From NCBI RefSeq assembly GCF_009914755.1, contig NC_060938.1: a stretch of 64,000 nt of DNA; one strand, given 5' to 3'. The notes under the pieces were generated by a model. It saw only the letters and a list, made by a program, of their open reading frames with translations, did no database searches and was not told the DNA's origin. A program made the translations under genes and the position numbers. Each line of letters opens with the position of its first letter. Position 1 is the first letter of the stretch. This DNA is from the human T2T-CHM13v2.0 reference genome, Homo sapiens. Below, in pieces: positions 1-17,630 of this stretch.

Positions 1-7
1 AAAGGAC

Positions 8-175
8 AATAATAACAACTAACATGTATTGGGCACATTATATTCTAGGCACTCTTCTAAGCACTTGAAATGTAATAACCTAATATCCTTATTAGATAGG
101 TACTATCATCATCCTCATTTTACAAATGAGGAAACAGAGGCATAGAGCAGTTAAGTAATTTGCCCGTTATCACAC
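8..175 (-). mobile_element. MIR SINE
   Basis: Core cattttacaaatgaggaaacagaggcatagagcagttaagtaatttgccc. Confidence 0.85.
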
Positions 176-1420
176 ATTTGGTCTGCTAATACCCAGCTCA
201 TCAGGGTCTTAGGGTTAAATTAGATGATTTCTGTAAAATGCTCCTGGCACATATTAGGCCTTCCAGAAATGCGAGCTTTTTGAAAACATAGGATGAGGGG
301 CAAAAGGAGTAACTTAAGATCATTTTTAAGTCATTCACTTCTTTAATATTTGCAGAGTACTATGCTCTGATTTTAGATAGTCTTTCCCTCAAAAGTTTAT
401 ATTTTACTTAATGCTAAAAAAAATTATAGTAGATACAGAGATAGATAAAAAAGGGATTCACTCTTCCATCTGACCCTTTAGTATTAAAATAGACATTTTC
501 TGTCATATCAGCACTAATCCAGTGAAAAGAGACCCATAAAAATTAATTCCTGAGGAATGAAAACTGATGGGACACAAAAAGACAAAGATAATATTAGCTG
601 CCAGCATTTATTAGGTTTTTATTCTTCATACCACTAGAGACAAAATCCAATTATAACGTGGTAGAAAAGAAGCCACATTCAAGATTAAGCTCTATAACTA
701 ACTTGATTAAGATGTTAATTTCCAGCTAGGCACAGTGGCTCAAGCCTGTAATCTTAGCACTTTGGGGGGCTGAGAAGGAAGACTGCTTAAGCCCAGGAGT
801 TCAAGACCAACCTGAACAACATAGCAAGACCCCCATCTATATTTAAAAAAAAAAAAAAAAAGTCAATCTCCTTACAAGTAAAGTAGAGATGACAATATTT
901 GCCCATTCTATCCCTCAGGATTGTTATAAGGGTCAAATAAAATAGAACAGTACTTTGAAAAACATAAAGTTCTGACTACTTATGATAGTATTCCCAGTAG
1001 GAGTTATTATAAACATTGTTAAACTAAACATATATCCAAAAGAAAAAAAGTAATTGCCAACTAAAACACTTTCGATTATCATTTAAAACTCATTCTTTTG
1101 GAATATAATGAGAAAAGCTAAATCTGTTCCTAACTTTAAATACTCAACCACCTGTGTCTGAGTGTCACTCTTATTTACTCACAATGTAGTTATTTTGTGG
1201 AGGAAGTTAGGAGGTACAAGATAAATAAGACAAAGGCTAAGTATCTTTTTTTTGAGCCGAGGTCTTGCTCTTTTGCCCAGGCTGGAGTGCAGTGGCACGA
1301 TCATGGCTCACTATAGTCTCAAATTCCTGGCTCAAGCAAATCTCTCACTTCAGCCTCCCCAGCAGCTGGGATTACAGGCATGTGCCATCATGCCCAGCTA
1401 AATTTTAAATTTTTTTGTAG

Positions 1421-1873
<453 letters not shown>

Positions 1874-2663
1874 AAGACTAATTATTTTTAAAGTGTGGGC
1901 CAAACACATAGACATGGAAAAATAAATCATGTGATAAAAGAAAGAAAAAAAACTTTTTTGTTTGTTAAACATGGCATTCTGCATAAACTTTTATTTTTAA
2001 AAGTTCCACCGTTAAAACTTTATTTTTTTTAACCCCATGGTATTCTGAGCTTCAAACTAAAACTTTAAACTACTGCCTTAAGGTACTTACCAAAAGACAG
2101 AAAAATGCAGAGGTCTTCCTTTCCTAGACCATACATCTTTTTCACCACCTCCAAATGAATGACTCTAAATATCAGAACTGCATAACGGAAAATGATTTCA
2201 CCCCAGTATAAACCTCCTTCTAATTTTGTGCCTAATTTTCATTGTCACTGTACCTATTATATAACAATTCACATGTTTATAAAGCCCACAAATACATGAA
2301 AGTATTTTTAATGTACTCATAAAGTATTTAAAGTTACTATTTATGGGCTGGGTGCAGTGGATCATGCGTATAATCCCAGCACTTTGCGAGGCCAAGGCAG
2401 GTGGATCACTTGAGGTCGGCAGTTTGAAACCAGCCTGGCCAATATGAAGAAACCCTATCTCTACTAAAAATATAAAAAAATTAGCCGATTGTGGTGGTGC
2501 ATGCCTCTAATCCCAGCTACTCAGGAGGCTGAGGCAGGAATTGCTTGAACCCGGGAGGTGGAGGCTGCAGTGGTGCGAGCTGAGATCACGCCACTGCACT
2601 CCAGCCTGGGCAACAGAGCAAGACTCCGTCTCAAAAAAATAAAAAAAAGTGACTATGATTTTA

Positions 2664-2951
<288 letters not shown>

Positions 2952-3014
2952 TTATTTTCTTTACTTTTATAAAAACTGCCTCAAAGTACTTGAAATCTAT
3001 ACGTTATTAAACAG

Positions 3015-3281
3015 GGCTGGGTGTTGTAATCCCAGCACTTTGGGAGGCCAAGGCAGGAGGATCACTTGAGGTCAGGAGTTCAAGGCCAGCCTGGCCAACA
3101 TGGTGAAACCCTGTCTCGACCAAAAATACAAAAAATTAGCCAGGCGTCATGGTAGGCGCTTGTAATCCCAGCTATTTGGGAGGCTGAGGCAGGAGAATTG
3201 CTTGAGCCTGGGAGGTCAAGGCTGCAGTTGAGTCATGATCACACCACTGCACTCCAGCCTGGGCGACAGAGCGAGACTCCA

Positions 3282-3332
<51 letters not shown>

Positions 3333-3333
3333 C
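3015..3333 (+). mobile_element. AluS with tail replaced by (CA)n
   Basis: Alu body followed directly by about 25 CA units at 3283-3333. Confidence 0.9.
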
Positions 3334-3527
3334 AAATATTACACAATGAGTTGTGTGTATTATAAGTAAATTTATATGATAAAACCTAGAATAAAAGGAA
3401 AAAAAGTTGTTGAAGGTGGGAAATATTCAAATAAAATCGAGTATGGCAAAATAAATATTTCTGGAGATATGAACTAATGGTGAAATATGTACTAATACAT
3501 ATGTATATGTATATATGTATACTGTAA

Positions 3528-3555
3528 TACACACACACACACACACACACATAAT

Positions 3556-3599
<44 letters not shown>
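3528..3599 (+). repeat. (CA)n followed by an A41 homopolymer
   Basis: Read directly; A run 3559-3599. Confidence 0.95.
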
Positions 3600-3604
<5 letters not shown>

Positions 3605-4267
3605 CCTGTCTTTGGGGAACAATAACCCGAGCCAAAAATCCCAGTTCAGCCACTACTCGACTATGATTATGAACACATTTATTCTTTTGAAAGTCACATT
3701 CCTTATGAGTAAAATGTAGCTGATAAGAAGAATTCAATGTGGTAATGTATATAAAATGCATACTACTACATCTAGCAAATAGTAGGTATTCAACATGGTA
3801 GTTCCTTGCCATATTATAAGGATGACAGTACATATTTGAGTAGGGTTAAAAGGAGAAAAGTGAAATGCTACTATGGTAGAGGCACACGATAGATCAGTGC
3901 GATGCATTTCTGATGCACATTTACTACAATGACCACTGCTATTACGTTCATTTGCTAAACCCAAACATCTCACAGATGCTTAAATTGTTGTAGCAACCAC
4001 TTCTTCTTTCAGAAATGCTACCATGGACTTAGGTCAACCAACAGGCAAGAACTAGCTATAAATCAAAGTGAAAAAGAAAGTTGACTATACTTTATTTTTT
4101 ATTTTTTTTTTTTTTTGTGAGACAGAGTCTTGCTCTCTCACCCAGGCTGGAGTACAGTGGCATGATCTCAGCTCACTGCAACCTCCGCCTCCCAAGTTCA
4201 AGTGATTCTCCTGCCTCAGCCTCCTGAGTAGCTGGGATTACAGGTGCACGCCACCATGCCTGGCTAA

Positions 4268-4405
<138 letters not shown>

Positions 4406-5433
4406 TGACCATACATTTTATAATTAATAATACTTTTTTTAAAAAAAAATGATTGGACCTAGTTAATTATATATTTAAGACTGACCGAAACGTACCCAGA
4501 GAGTTCAGCATAAAGGTATACCCTGAAAAGGAAACTACAAAAAGTAAAAACTTCAAAGGGATGAGAGGAAATTCTGACAACACAATAACAGATATTCATT
4601 CATTCATTCTGAAAAACATCTACTGATCACCATAAACTGTACCACATGTTGGTAAAATATGCTAATAAAGTAAACATGAACTCTGCCTTCCTAATCTTTT
4701 TGAATCTAACTCAGAAATATCTTATAAGCATCTTTTAAATCTGGTCAGCTCTCTCCATCTTACCGCAGGCTTTAGATTACTCCACTAAACAATCACCATC
4801 TCTTAAAAAGATACACAAGTTTCATAATTTGATCTGCCTGCCACAGGTCTTCCCAACCCCAGTTCTAAAATCATGTTACTAAAAATAAATGATACATAAA
4901 AATGATACTGGATTTCATTGCCTTCTGCATAAAATCCTAACTTCTTTAGGATAAAGGCCATTCATAATTTAACTCCAACCCACCTTCCTAATCTCATGTT
5001 CTGTGACACTCTCAAATCCCTCCCTTCCCCACTGCTTACTCCATGCAATCCACCTTCTTGTCATTGGAGACCATCATCCCCACTTCCCAGCCACTTTAAA
5101 TTTAAAGAAACCAGTAAGGCTACACAGGGAATTTGGTGATGAACTCTGATTTCAAACAGACATGCAAAATAAAGGAAGACATAAGACATAAAAACACACA
5201 GAAGAGCTACCACCCTCTTCTCTTCCCCACCAGAGACCCTTTTAGAGTAGGTCATACTTGCTAGCTGTAACTTCTTGCTCCCATTCACTTAGCAAGCCCA
5301 TTACTATATTAAAACTGCTCTCACTATTGATCTAGTGTCAAATCTAATGGTGTGTTTTAGTCTTCCTACTTGTTTTCTCTAGTTTTTGACACAGCTGACC
5401 ATTCTCTCATTCTTAAAACTCTTAAAACTCTCA

Positions 5434-5607
<174 letters not shown>

Positions 5608-5899
5608 CTACTCTGAAGGCTGAGGTGGGAGAATCACTTGAGCCCAGGAATTCGAAGCTGCAGTGAGCTAATATTGTACCACCACATTCTAGCCTGAGTG
5701 ACAGAATGAGATCCTATCTCTAAATAAGAAAAAACACATATAAACCCCCCAGCCCCAAACAATTTTTCTCTTCTTGGCTTCTGATACACCATTCTGTCAG
5801 TGGGGCCTCCTCTATGACTTACCTTCTCTACCACCCACTCCAGAGTTCCATTCTTAAAACTCTTTTGGTCACATAATACCAAAGTTCCTGAATTTAAAT

Positions 5900-6170
5900 G
5901 CTACAGGGGTCAGGCAAGTAACATTATAATATATAAGAAACAGTGGGGATTATGGTAAACCGGAAGGTACATGCACCTAAAGAGGAAGTGTGCTGCTCAG
6001 TGCCAGCTGTTTTCTGTTAGGCATTCTGATTTTCTTTTTTCATGAAAAGTCTGGGATTTACATTTTTATGTAAAATTTTTAGATCTGTAAATATAAATGG
6101 ATGGCAAATAATTCAAAAATTTAAAAAACAAACCTAGAGACCCTATTCACTAGAAGGTCACCAGTCTGAA
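5900..6170. mobile_element. hAT-Charlie relic (MER102-like)
   Basis: gatttacatttttatgtaaaattt motif is the reverse complement of the element at 47480-47800. Confidence 0.5.
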
Positions 6171-8352
6171 ACTGGGAGGATTGCTTGAGCCCAGGAGTTC
6201 AAGACCAGCCTGGGCAACAAAGAGAGACCCAGTTTCTACAAAAAAATTTTAAACACAGCCAGGCATGGTGGTTCAAGCCTGTGGTCCCAGCTACAAAGGA
6301 AGCTAAGGCATGAGGATCACTTGAGCTCTGGAGGTTGAGGCTGCAGTGAGCCGTGTTCACACCACCGTACTCCGGCTTAGGTGAGTCCTTGTCACAAAAA
6401 AAAAAAAAAGGAGCGAGCAAGCTAGCTCTTGAAACAGATGGAGTAATACTAACATGAAAGAGAAAATATATTCATACCCCACTCCTGTTAGCTTCAGATT
6501 TTTCTGGCCAGGCATGGGTGGCTCACGCCTATAATCCCAGAACTTTAGAGGCCAAGGTGGATGGATCACCTGAGGTCAGGAGTTCAAGACCAGCCTGCCC
6601 AACATGGCGAAACCCTGTCTCTACTAAAAGTACAAAAAATTAGCCAGGCATGGTAGCACGCACCTGTAATCCCAGCTACTCAGGAGGCTGATGTGGGAGA
6701 ATCGCTTGAACACGGGAGGCAGAGGTTGCACTGGGCAGAGATTGCGCCACTACACTCCAGCCTGGGCGAAAGAGCAAGACCTTGTCTTTAAAAAAAAACA
6801 AAAACAAAAACAAAGGCCAGGCGCAGTAGCTCATGCCTGTAATCCTAGCACTTTGGGAGGCCAAGGCAGGCAGATCACTTGAGGTCAGGAGTTCGAGACC
6901 AGCCTGGCCAACACGGCAAAACCCTGTCTTTACTAAAAATACAAAAATTAGCCAGGCGTGGTGGCAAGTGCCTGTAATCCCAGCTACTCAGAAGGCTGAG
7001 GCAGGAGAATGGATTGAACCCAGGAGGCAGAGGTTGCAGTGAGCCAAGATCACGCCATTATACTCCAGCCTGGTTGAGAGAGTGAGAGTCTGTCTCAGAA
7101 GGAAAAAAAAAAGTATAATTCAATAGGTTAAAAACAAAAGAAAGAAAATACAGAACTCAACTGCTAGTATATCTAGATCTGGTGAACTAAGCTTCCTCAG
7201 AGCAGCTTTGTGCCCTCTTATTCTCTCACCTTTTTTTTGGTTTTTTTTGTCCACTGTTGCCCAATGGCACAATAATAGCTCACTATAGCCTCAATGTCCT
7301 AGGCTCAAACAATCCTCCCACCTCAGCCTTCCAAGTAGCTGGGATGCACCACCACACCCAGCTAATATTTTTTTTATTTTTAGTAGAGATGAGGTCTTGC
7401 TATATTCCCCAGGGTATCTCACCTTTCTTTCTTTGTTTCTTTTTTTAAATTTTTTGTAGAGATGATGTCTTGCTATGCTACCCAGGCTGGTCTCAAACTC
7501 CTGGGCTCCATCTATCCTCCTGCCTCAACCTCCAAAAGTGCTGGGATTACAAGCGTGAACCACTGTGCCTGGCCTTTACCTTTCCTAAACATCAATTTCC
7601 TTCTTAAGCATTTATGTTCAGTTTTTCCAGTTTTAAATACTATTTTCATTAATAGTAACTTATATACTAGAAGTTAAATTCTATGGTTCTTTCCTATGAT
7701 CATCTAATTCTCAGCAATCTTTGATATGCTAGCATACCTCATATAGCCACATGTTATTTTTATTTTTAACTGTAAAGAAATAGGGTTGATTCTCAAGTTC
7801 TCTGTCTGGCAAATTAAAGATATCCCTAGAAACCATATATTCAAATAATTTATTAAACAAATGGTCTGTGAGCTCTTGAACTAGTGATCTCTAGATATCA
7901 GTTTGGATATACTAAGATCATACCACATCATACAATCTCATTACTTAGGGTTACATAACTAGACCCACATATCAAGTCATCGGGATTTTTTTTTTTTTTG
8001 AGACATAGTTTCACTTTGTTGCCCAGGCTGGAGTTAAGTGGTACTCGGCTCACTGCAACCTCCGCCTCCCAGGTTCAAGCAATTCTTGTGCCTCAGCCTC
8101 CTGAGTAGCTGGGATTATAGGCAATCGCCACCACGTCTGGACGATTTTTTGTATTTTAGTAGAGATGGGGTTTCACCATGTTGCCCAGGCTGGTCTCAAA
8201 CTCCTGAGCTCAGACAATCTGCCCGTCTTGGCCTCCCAAAGTGCTAGGATTACAGGTGTGAGCCACCATGCCCGGCCAAGTCATCTGGATTTTAGCTAAG
8301 CATATGACAGTCTCTTGTGACAAATAGGGGATCATGACAGGAATGTCTGAAA

Positions 8353-8558
8353 CAAGGACCAGCAAACTACAGGCCAAATCCAGCCTGCAGCCTGTTTTTG
8401 TAAATAAAGTTTTGCTGGAACATAGCCCATGCTCATTCATTTATGGCTGCTTTCATGCTACAAGAGCAGAGAAGAGTAGATGCAAGAAAGACGTATGGCC
8501 CACAAAGCCTAAAATATTTATCCCCTGGCCCTTTATAGGTAAAGTTTGTTGACCCATG
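8353..8558 (+). mobile_element. MER58A DNA transposon relic
   Basis: ggccaaatccagcctgcagcctgtttttgtaaataaagttttgctggaacatagc ... ggcccacaaagcctaaaatattta. Confidence 0.85.
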
Positions 8559-8684
8559 AATTAAATAAAATGTGAAATAATAGCTAACTAAAAGGCAGGA
8601 ATGAAGAAAAGTGGTAACTTTTAACCTAGAAGAATGCCACTAATAACATATGCTAGAAATCTCATTTCTTATATAATCCCTTTC

Positions 8685-9135
<451 letters not shown>

Positions 9136-9996
9136 TCAACATTTTTACTAAATAATTTTAATTCAAGGTTTATCAGACTTGTACACTTTACAAAAACCTG
9201 GGTAGAGTATCTAAAATGCTGAATGACAGAATTCAATTTTTAAAATATCTACATATGCTGGAACATAGCCTCAATAACAGTATGAAGTTTTCTAGGGATA
9301 AATTCACGTTCATTCTTACAACAATAACAAAAAATCAACAAGCACAAGTTGGAGAAATCAAAGACCTAACATAATGGTACTTCATGTGGAACAGTCCTCG
9401 GGAGTTTAGAAATCTGCAGACTCAACAAGTACACAGAGTAACGTGGTGCCAAAATATTAATGCTGAAATTATTAAAGAATAGCATATAGAATGAAGGATA
9501 CGTACATGCATTTCAATATACTCTGTTGGTCAGACCAAATCTGGACTATTGTCTTCACAGTTTTAGAAATCAGTCTAAAAGCAATATAACAAGGGGATCT
9601 GAAAATCCTGCCACATGAAGATTTTTTTAAACTCTCAAAAGGTGAAGATTTAGGACATGGAAAAATGCTTCAAATAAAGGAATGACTTATTAAAAAAAAA
9701 TAGTTTATGGCCTGGTGCAGTGGCCAACACCTGTAATCCCAGCATCTTGGGAGGTTGAGGCAAGAAAATCACTAGAAGCCAGGAATTCCAGACCAGCCTG
9801 GGCAACATAGCAAGACCCCATTCCTACAAGAATTTAGAAATTAGCTGGGCATGGTGGCAGGCACCTATAGCTCTAGCTACTTGTGAGGCTGAGGCAGGAG
9901 GATTGCCTGAGCCCAGGGGTTTGAAGCTGCAGTGAGCCTGGGTGACAGAGGGAGACTCAAGCTCTCAAAAACAAAGAAGCTGGGTGTGGTGGCTCA

Positions 9997-11010
<1,014 letters not shown>

Positions 11011-11389
11011 GAAGGGGAAAAGAAAATAAAGTGCTCAAATAATGACAGGAACAGAAAAACCAAGCTAGGGCTCCTAATAACCAAATCTGGAACAACCGGA
11101 ACTTTTTTTTGTTTGAGACAGTGTCTCACTCTGTCACCTAGGCTGGTGTGCAGTGGCGTGATCTCGATTCCATGTAGCCTCAACCTCCCGAGCTCCAGTG
11201 ATTCTCCCACCTCAGCCTCCCAAATAGCTGGGACTATAGTCACAAGCACACGCCCGGATAATTTTTTTTATTTGTAGAGACATGTTGCCCAGGCTGGTCT
11301 CCAACTCCTGAGCTCAAGCGATCCACCTGTCTCAGCCTCCCAAAGTGCTGGGATTACAGGCATGAGCCACGGTGCCTGGCCTACAACAT

Positions 11390-12590
11390 CTAAATAATGA
11401 AGTAACAGATTATGACCCATTGAATAAAATAACAATTCATTAGTCCATATTAAATTTGAGTGTGATAAAGAATAAGATACACAGTTTCAAAGTACTCCAC
11501 AAAATATTCATTTATTAATTACAAAAGGGAAAACAGTAACTTCACAGATGAAAAGCCTGGCAGATAACTCCTTAATCAAGTCATCGAAGTCAACATCACC
11601 ACCACTAATGAGACACAATGAAATCATGTGCCTGTGTGCCATCTGAGAAAATGCAATGAGAAGAACACAGCACAATTTCTATGATATTCCTGCTAAAGAC
11701 CATTACCTGATTCTAACCAAGAGAAAACAACAGAGAAAACCGAAATTGAGGGACATTCTACACAGTAACTGACCTGTAACTCTCAAAAGCGTCCAGGTTA
11801 TAGAAGTTAAGGGAGGAGAGTTGATTCTAACATCTCTCTCCCCAACCACAGGATTACACTGCAGTGGTCCCTGTGCCTATTGCCATGGCCTCTCTTGAAT
11901 AAAGTCAGCTTTTCCACCTTTTTTTTTTTTTTTTTTGAAACAGTCTTGCTTTGTCACCCAGGCTGCAGTGCAGTGGTGCAATCTCAACTCAGTGCAAACT
12001 CTACCTCCTGGGTTCAAATGATTCTCGTGCCTCAGCCTCCCAAGCAGCTAGGATTACAGGCATATGCCACCATGCCCAGCTACTTTTTTTGTATTTTTAG
12101 TAGAGACGGGGTTTTGCCATGTTGACTAGGCTGGTTTGAACTCCTGACCTTAAGTGACCTGCCCGCCTCAGCCTCCCAAAGTGCTGGGATTACGGGCGTG
12201 ATCCACCACCTGGCCTGCTTTGCCATCTTTTTTTTTTTTTTTTTGAAGTTAAGGGAGGAATGAGGAATTATTCCAGACTGAAGACGATAAAAATACATGA
12301 CACATAAACAATATATGATTCTGGAATGAATGATTTTGGTAAAAAGATCATTAGGATATGTGACAAAACTTGAATGATGTTTGAAAGTTAGATGGTATAA
12401 TGTATCAAATGTATTCATTTCCTGGATTTTGACTGTCAGTCATACTGTGGTAATGTAGCAGAATGTTCTTGTTTATAGGACATACTATATTGGCAACTTA
12501 CTCTCATATGGTTCAAGTGGCAAGGGCTTACTTTTTGTTGTACTTCCAACTTTTCTAAAAGTCTAAGATATTTTCAAAGTAAAAAAAAAA
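11390..12590 (+). mobile_element. Old L1MC/L1MD-type 3' end, interrupted
   Basis: gaaaagcctggcagataactccttaatcaagtcatcgaagtcaacatcacc and related motifs. Confidence 0.65.
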
Positions 12591-12689
12591 AAAAGTAGCC
12601 ATAATTTTGTAAGTCAAAATAGAGATAACAAGGAATTGCTACCATGATGTAAGTGAAAAGTCATTTCTGAAATTATGGCATCGTACAAT

Positions 12690-12862
12690 CGGTCTCAGTC
12701 ATTATAACTGCACATCAGAATTACCTGGAATGCTTTCAAAGAACACTGAGGTTTGGAGATCCAATCCAGGCCAATTAAATCTCTGGGGGTGATATGCAGG
12801 CATCAGCATTCTTTAAAAAGCTTTCTATTAATTCTGATGTGCAGTCAAGGCTGAGAACCACC
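12690..12862. mobile_element. MER5-family DNA transposon relic
   Basis: ctgcacatcagaattacctgg ... aattctgatgtgcagtcaaggctgagaaccac with inverted termini. Confidence 0.8.
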
Positions 12863-13210
12863 AGCATGTGCTAGGTCCTGAAGGTTGTTCACCCTGAGAG
12901 AGTTTCATTTAGGCATTTTCTCTGTAGTCCTTCTGGCCTCACCCGTGCTAAAGTTCATTACTTTCTCCACTGTACCTTGGACTTACTAGTATGATAGTTT
13001 TAATCATATTGTTCTGTAATTATCTGTTTATAATATTTTTATTTTGCAGTAAAATAAATACCTTCTAACACAAAGATTGCTATGTTATTCAGCGTTATAG
13101 CTTCAGTGGGTGCAGTGGCTCATGCCTATAATCCCAACACTTTGGGAGGCTGAGGCAAGCACTTGAGCTCAGGAGTTCAAGACCAGCCTGGGCAACATGG
13201 TGAAACCCTA

Positions 13211-13459
<249 letters not shown>

Positions 13460-13887
13460 TTACAGCCAGGAAAGAAGACAGATATAAAAACAAAAAAATG
13501 ATCAGAGGGGAGTAACTTCAACATTGCAGTCTAATTTTCTCTCCCCTGTGCCTCACTAAGCTATGCTGTGAAACCAAAGTAGGGTCTTCAAAATTACTTA
13601 CACTTAAAAGTACCTGAGTAGAACTCTATATATTCTCTTTCTAAAAATATAAAACTGAAACTACTTAAATTGTTTTGAGGCCTTGGATGTTTTTTTTCTT
13701 GTAAGTAAAAGATTCTTGACCAAAAAAAGAGATCCCCATCCTGCCATATGCTTAAAAACCTGGAAATATCATGGTTACTCTGTAAAGCCAGGATTTTTCT
13801 CTCTTCCAGTACTAGCAATTATAAAGATTACTTATCTAATAATGTACACAAAAAGATTGAGGCAGAAATTAGTATAGTTGCTATTCA

Positions 13888-14124
<237 letters not shown>

Positions 14125-15168
14125 TCAAGTATTACACACTTAAAAAATTCCTATTTAACATCCTTGCTTATAAAAAATTTTCTATTAACTACATGTCTAA
14201 ATGTATGGGTACCACGGGATATAAAATGAATCTTTGGTCCCTGTATTAGGGGATTTTTTTTCTTTTAAGAGACATCTAATCTAACAACTCTGCCTTTTAT
14301 CAAACAACAACAGTTGATCTTGATATAGAAATCTTGGGTTGGACTCCACTAAAAGCCTCTTAATACATTAACCAAAATTCATCTGACAAATATCAAAATA
14401 TCTGCTATCTTCAAGGACTCTGCTTTAAAACCAGTATCCCCTAATTACAGTAGTTTCTACTGAGGGGAGGTATGGAAGTGTCTGTGTGTGTGAGGCAGGC
14501 GGGGCGGGGGGGGCTTGAATTTGCTACAAAACTCTTAAAATCCATATACACCAAACATATTTTGCCCTATGCGTTAATATGCAATAGCCAAACTAGGTCC
14601 TAGTCCACTTTTCCAGTATATAAAAAATAATCTGTGATAATATAAATTAATTTTAAAGACAGTTCTGAACTCACAGTAGCTTCTGAAATTATACACTTTC
14701 TTAATCAACAAATGACTGAGAATCATGGCCTACTATATAGGAATTAGTCAGAGTAGCAGTCATTGGAAGATGCCATAAAGATGCCACAATGGGCCAGGCC
14801 TGATGGCTCATGACTCTTATCCTAGCACTTTGGGAGGCCAAAGTAGGTGGATCACTTGAGCCCAGGAGTTTGAGACCAGCCTGGGCAACACAGCAAGACC
14901 CTGTCTCTACTTAAAAAAAAAAAAGATGCCACAAAATAATAGTAATGCATTATCACTATTAATAATTTTTAATATTGTTTGAAAAGCAATCCAATTTCAC
15001 CAGAGCATAATCATTTTGTATACATATTAATATATACGATGTGTATGTACAAGCATACATATGGAAGTGCACATATACACACTAACACAGACCATGCTAC
15101 ATTAATGCTTTATAAATATAGAAATAAAATATTACTTGTTATAAAGAACACCCCCCAACTAATGTTTA

Positions 15169-15342
<174 letters not shown>

Positions 15343-16711
15343 TTAATAAAAGTGTTCATAAATAGGAAATTCATACAAAATTCAACTTGATCTCTATTCT
15401 TAATGCTAGCAGATAATAGTGACACAATACATTCTGATTCCTGTAATAAATAAATTTTTTGGCTTAAAAAAAAGGTCAGGCTGGGCGCGGTGGCTCACGT
15501 CTGTAATCCCAACACTTTGGGAGGCTGAGGCAGGTGGATCACTTGAGCTCAGGAGTTTAGACCAGCCAGGCAACACAGTGAAACCCCATCTCTATTAAAA
15601 ATACAAAAATTAGCCCGGCATGGTGGTGGTGCATGCCTATAGTCCCAGCTACTTCAGAAGCTGAGGTGGGAGGATTGCTTGAACCCAGGAGGCGGAGGTT
15701 GCAGCAAGCCGAGATCATGCCACTACACTCCAGCCTGGGTGAGAGGGAGACCCCCAACAGAAAAAAAAAAAAAAAAAAGGTCAACAGGACTATCAAAATT
15801 TTTCCACATAATTTTCATGGATAAAACAAAAAGGTAAACTTCAAAAAGAAAGCTTTAAACATAATTAAGATGAACCGGAAAAAGGAAAAAACAATACATA
15901 GGATATATAAGAAAGATTAAAGCGAACATGAAATAGTGTATTAGTGATTTTAAGTTAGGTTTCTAGAGTTAAAACTATTTACCTAGCAGAGCAGAAATTG
16001 TTCATTCATTTTTAATCATTAGTATACAGCCACTCTCCTTTCGTTAATCTTAGAGCTTCAAATAAAAGACGTCATGTATCTCTTGGAAGATGAAATGGGT
16101 GAGAGAGCTCAGAATGGCTTATGAAAATACGTACCTTGACAAAAACAATCTTAGCCTTTGTGTTCATCTTGCTTTTTTGTTTTTGGAGACAGGGTCTCAC
16201 TCTTGTCACTCTGTCTGTGTCACTTCTGGCTGAAGTGCAAGTGCAGTGGCGGGATCTCAGCTCACTGCAACCTCCACTTCCCAGACTCCAGTGATCCTCC
16301 CACCTCAGCATCCCGAGTAGCTGGGACTACAAGCACATACCCCTACTCTTGGCTAATTTTTCTATTTTTTGTAGAGACAGAGTTTTGCCATGTTGCCCAG
16401 GCTAGTCTCAAATTCCTGGGCTCAAGTGATTGTGTCCACCTCAACTTCCCAAAGTGCTGGGATTACAGGTGTGAGCCACTGCACCTAGGCAGTTCATCTA
16501 ATTTTAATTTAATCAGTGATTCATTGGCATGAAAAACAAGAACTACTGAGATCTGAATTAAACTCTAATTTAGCAGGGTTTCCTATATTTATAGTTATAG
16601 TCTCAGATTTTAGCAAATTTAGCTATTGAAAAATATGCTTTCAGTCTGTTTATTTCATGTTCAAAACTAGTAGCAGAGGCTGGGCATGGTGGCCCATGCC
16701 TCTAAGTCTCA

Positions 16712-17047
<336 letters not shown>

Positions 17048-17351
17048 TTAATAGCTCAATCACTACAAATTAAGATTTTCCTTTATACTGAAAGTTGTTG
17101 TAGCTGGGCATGGTGGCTAACACCTGTATCCCAGCACTTTGGAAGGCTGAGGAGGGAGGATCACTGAAGGCCAGGAGTTCAAGACCAGCCTGGGCAACAC
17201 GGCAAGGCCCAGTCTTTACAAAAATAAAAATAAAAATTAGCTGGGCGCAGTGACACGTGCCTGTAGTCCCAGCTACTCGGGAGGCTGAGGCCGGAGGACA
17301 ACTTGGGCCCAGGAGTTCAAGGCTACAGTGAGCTATGATCATGCCACTTCA

Positions 17352-17630
<279 letters not shown>

